DNA of 64,000 bases. It comes from an uncultured Acidobacteriota bacterium (GTDB taxonomy: Bacteria > Acidobacteriota > Thermoanaerobaculia > Gp7-AA8). A program made the position numbers and the translations under genes. The stretch is taken from NCBI GenBank assembly GCA_963741955.1, contig CAVUKB010000001.1, positions 128,001 through 192,000 on the forward strand. The letters are read 5' to 3'. The notes under the pieces are model-generated. The model was not told the origin of the DNA and ran no database searches. It saw only the letters and a list, made by a program, of their open reading frames with translations. Below are positions 61,921-64,000 of this stretch, one piece after another (the stretch's first letter is position 1; every line of letters begins with the position of its first letter).

Positions 61921-64000
61921 ATTCCCCTGGCGTCGCTTGCTGCCACCCAGCTTTCGTCGGCCCGGCGAAGGATGCCTGTAGCCTGACGGTCGGAGTCATG
62001 TACGCGGACCAAAAAATCGCGGTGCCGAACTGGTTCGGCGCGACGATGCCCTTCGCGCCGGGCGTGGTGAGCCCCGGTTGCACCTGCCATGTCCAGTCGG
62101 GCTCCGGAGAATACACCGCGGAGTAGCTTCCGGACTTGTGAGGACCTTCGAGGTTGCTCGCGAACGCCACGGCTGCGACCTCGAAATTGATAGTCACCGT
62201 GCCGGATCGGTCGTATCCAATCGCGCGGTCGGTGAGCGGCTCGAGCTGGAACGGAGTCGCCTCGGCAATCGATCGAGCGTCCACGGACGCTGCGACCTGT
62301 AGCGAACCCGATGCGAAGTCGTAGATCCGGTGCTGCGTCGCATATTTGAACTTCTGACCCTCGATCCATTGGAGCTCCCGGAACGGTACCGCGCCTGTTG
62401 TGGGTTTCGCGAACCGCCAATAGCGGTGTGCGCCCGGAGGCATCCATTCGATCGTCGCGTATCCGGGTTGCCGGTCGTAGTTCTTCGTCGTGATCCCCGT
62501 CCATGCCGCACCATCGTCAGACCAGGAGATCGCCGCGAGGAAGCCGGCCGCCGCCGTGTAGGCTCGGCACGACACGAATTCCTTCGCGTTTCCGGCGCCG
62601 AGATCGATCTGCACGTAGGATGCACCGGACGAATTCCAGGTGAAGGCATTCGTCGCGGGGTCGCCGTCGTTGACGGCCGACGGGGTGAAGAGCGAGCATC
62701 CGGAGGAGCTCCAGTATGCCGCGGACCAGAACTGCTCGATCCGATCGTAGGGCGCAGTCCACCAGGCCGTCTTTCCGTCGGCCGAGACGAACGGGCCGAG
62801 GACCGCAGGCGGCGTCTGGATCACGTCGACGGCGGCCGGATTGATCGTCACTCCGACCGATTTCCCATACCTCCCGACGAGATACGCGGTGATCTCATAG
62901 TTTCCGCCGTTGTTCACGGGGTCGATCAGCACCGGCGAGCTCGCGGCGGTCGTGATGAGCCGAGCCTCGCCTCCGTCGACCGCAGACCAGATCTCGACAC
63001 CGGTGAGCCAGGCGTAATTCGGGAGGTCGAACGAGACGCGGGCCCGCGCTCTCGCGACCCCGTCACCATCCACGTATAGCTCCGGAGCGAAGGCGAGATT
63101 CGCGACGTCCGGCGGATCGTCAGACGGCGACGGAATGGAGCTCGCAATTTTCCCGGGATCAGCGACCACGGCGTCGGAATAGCAGGCGGCGGAGTACTCG
63201 AGGAGGGAGACGTTCGCGGTCACGTTCGGCTGGCGATTGCGCGCCCACACTAGAAAGTCCTGCGCGGCAATCCCGCGGCGCGTTACCGTCTGTTGCACGC
63301 GCGCACCGATCGGCTGATCGGCTGTCGCGAGCCATCCGGCCGCGAGCCGGAAATCGAACTGCAGGCGGTTCAGATAGTAGATCGCGAGCCGGCGGGCTTG
63401 CGATCGCGAGCGGATCCAGGGGAGCTGGTAGACCACAGGCCGTCGCTCCTCCGTCCCCGCCGTGACTGCCGCCGTCTCGACGGACTCGAAGTCGCGGGTC
63501 AGCGCGTTCGCCTCGTCGGTGAACCAGACCTCGACGTAGTTCGGCCGCTGGGTCGGATCTTCCCGTGCCCCAGAATCCGAATCCTTGATGAGGTCCCCGT
63601 CGGAGTAGATAGCGGCGACGGCCTGCGGCCGGTCGAGCCAGAGCCGCCACTGATTCCCTTGGTAAAAGTGATAGCCGCCCATGAGGAGCCCGAACGTCTT
63701 CTGCCAGTCGCTCGCCGATGTTGCGTCCTGCACCGCGACGTGCGACGCGTATCGCGGCTTTCCGCCCACGACCTCGTCGCAGACGTCTGCCGCGTCAATC
63801 CAGTCCTGGGTGACGAGACGCGAGGCGTCGAGATTCTTCCCCTCTGCATCGAGGTGCCAGTCGTAGTCCTGCAGGGCCGTGTTCTCGCTGTAACCGACAA
63901 GCATTGATCGGAGGTCGAGCACCTTCCGGCCTCGGATCGAAATATCGATCGTTGGGAACTCGGGCCAGAAGTAGCTGATGATCCCGAGCCAGACGACGAG
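61886..64000 (-). CDS. Phage tail tip/host-specificity protein (TipJ-like) with a discoidin-like domain; 5' end outside the window
   Basis: Frame open to the edge: PTIDISIRGRKVLDLR...YSENTAL..YD; NYVEVWFTD, LPWIRSRSQARRLA, LLEY...YSD; YVQIDLG...HRYWRF (F5/8-like). Confidence 0.85.
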   Translation of the reverse strand, partial: LVVWLGIISYFWPEFPTIDISIRGRKVLDLRSMLVGYSENTALQDYDWHLDAEGKNLDASRLVTQDWIDAADVCDEVVGGKPRYASHVAVQDATSASDWQKTFGLLMGGYHFYQGNQWRLWLDRPQAVAAIYSDGDLIKDSDSGAREDPTQRPNYVEVWFTDEANALTRDFESVETAAVTAGTEERRPVVYQLPWIRSRSQARRLAIYYLNRLQFDFRLAAGWLATADQPIGARVQQTVTRRGIAAQDFLVWARNRQPNVTANVSLLEYSAACYSDAVVADPGKIASSIPSPSDDPPDVANLAFAPELYVDGDGVARARARVSFDLPNYAWLTGVEIWSAVDGGEARLITTAASSPVLIDPVNNGGNYEITAYLVGRYGKSVGVTINPAAVDVIQTPPAVLGPFVSADGKTAWWTAPYDRIEQFWSAAYWSSSGCSLFTPSAVNDGDPATNAFTWNSSGASYVQIDLGAGNAKEFVSCRAYTAAAGFLAAISWSDDGAAWTGITTKNYDRQPGYATIEWMPPGAHRYWRFAKPTTGAVPFRELQWIEGQKFKYATQHRIYDFASGSLQVAASVDARSIAEATPFQLEPLTDRAIGYDRSGTVTINFEVAAVAFASNLEGPHKSGSYSAVYSPEPDWTWQVQPGLTTPGAKGIVAPNQFGTAIFWSAYMTPTVRLQASFAGPTKAGWQQATPGEYVTHALDIEPR

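Larger units (their letters stand above)
60951..64000 (-). mobile_element. Prophage region (tail module), continues beyond the window
   Basis: Phage tail-tip-like gene plus two coupled small genes, bounded by the putative end at 60951. Confidence 0.75.

Overview
GC-rich bacterial chromosomal segment. The protein families (Acidobacteria-type VWA protein, 'GAFGSVWTSD'-type secreted protein) suggest Acidobacteriota/Thermoanaerobaculia, which is an inference. The backbone is housekeeping and envelope genes: rplI end, ilvE, mprF plus two acvB/virJ, amidase-GerMN, holB, tmk, purQ/purS, murA-folP-cdaA-cdaR-glmM and carB. Overlaid on it is a dense layer of non-autonomous repeats. (1) Three CTAG/TTAG-bordered MITE families: one copy is inserted in frame (54 aa) inside a serine hydrolase gene, and all three are chained as an A-B-C-chimera train at 31551-32284. 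(2) Three tandem arrays of ~205-245 bp REP-doublet units. (3) Further dispersed palindromic repeats and a truncated RAYT-like transposase. Two unannotated items stand out: a probable regulated ~180-nt small RNA gene at 32381-32562 (Pho-box-like and CRP/Rex-like boxes, TATAAT, closing stem, terminator), and a Mu/Tn7-style transposon end at 60951 capping a phage tail module, suggesting a transposable prophage that runs off the right edge. All family assignments come from motif recognition, not database searches.
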